Notes under the pieces: generated by a model
What the model was told of the DNA's origin: nothing
Seen by the model: only the letters and a program-made list of their open reading frames with translations
Databases searched by the model: none
Made by a program: the position numbers and the translations under genes
Shown here: piece by piece, positions 63,957 to 64,000 of the stretch
Position numbering within the stretch: position 1 is the stretch's first letter
Layout: the number at the start of each line of letters is the position of its first letter
Source of the DNA: Savitreella phatthalungensis
Lineage: Eukaryota
NCBI GenBank assembly: GCA_051599415.1
Contig: AP039690.1
Coordinates: 62,001 to 126,000, forward strand
DNA: 64,000 nucleotides
Direction: 5' to 3'

Positions 63957-64000
63957 GTATGTCAACACCTCTCATGGTACCATGAGCTGGCACGCGCGAC

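Noticed and set aside
1..64000. Alternative genetic code, TGA-CTA readthrough, TPP riboswitch, tRNAs, transposons, and long antisense shadow ORFs
   Set aside because: CTG falls at conserved Leu positions. None of the stop codons I checked had the readthrough context. No riboswitch, tRNA or transposase motif was seen by eye. Antisense ORFs are expected in GC-rich coding DNA.

Overview
Gene-dense, intron-poor fungal nuclear DNA in the standard genetic code (CTG reads Leu at conserved positions of P0). It looks like a compact ascomycete, probably Taphrinomycotina-like; that placement is inference only. About 31 protein-coding genes are supported, mostly housekeeping: NPL4, SUB1/PC4, TRM82, UTP23, an alpha-hydroxyacid oxidase, an EPS1-like PDI, RAX2, SPT2, dynein intermediate chain, ATP synthase subunit e, PRP4, PTC7, a SMYD methyltransferase, RPP0, ERV14, SIL1, NOP12, DEP1, VMA7, RPS15, RPL36 and RPS13. 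There is also a hybrid histidine kinase, a stand-alone response regulator, a YdcF/DUF218 protein and a repeat-containing SPFH protein. I found no transposon, tRNA, rRNA or CRISPR. Best leads: (1) a box C/D snoRNA in the RPP0 intron with about 24 nt of complementarity to the 25S peptidyl-transferase centre, at the tip of an intron-long hairpin; (2) the long introns fold back so their effective length approaches that of the 48-66 nt introns; (3) a PRP4 frameshift at an (AC)n tract; (4) PTC7 carrying both a mitochondrial presequence and a peroxisomal AKL signal; (5) a vacuolin/vault-like SPFH architecture; (6) shared GAGTGACT-type motifs and microsatellites at ribosome-related promoters. All homology calls come from recognised motifs, not from database searches.
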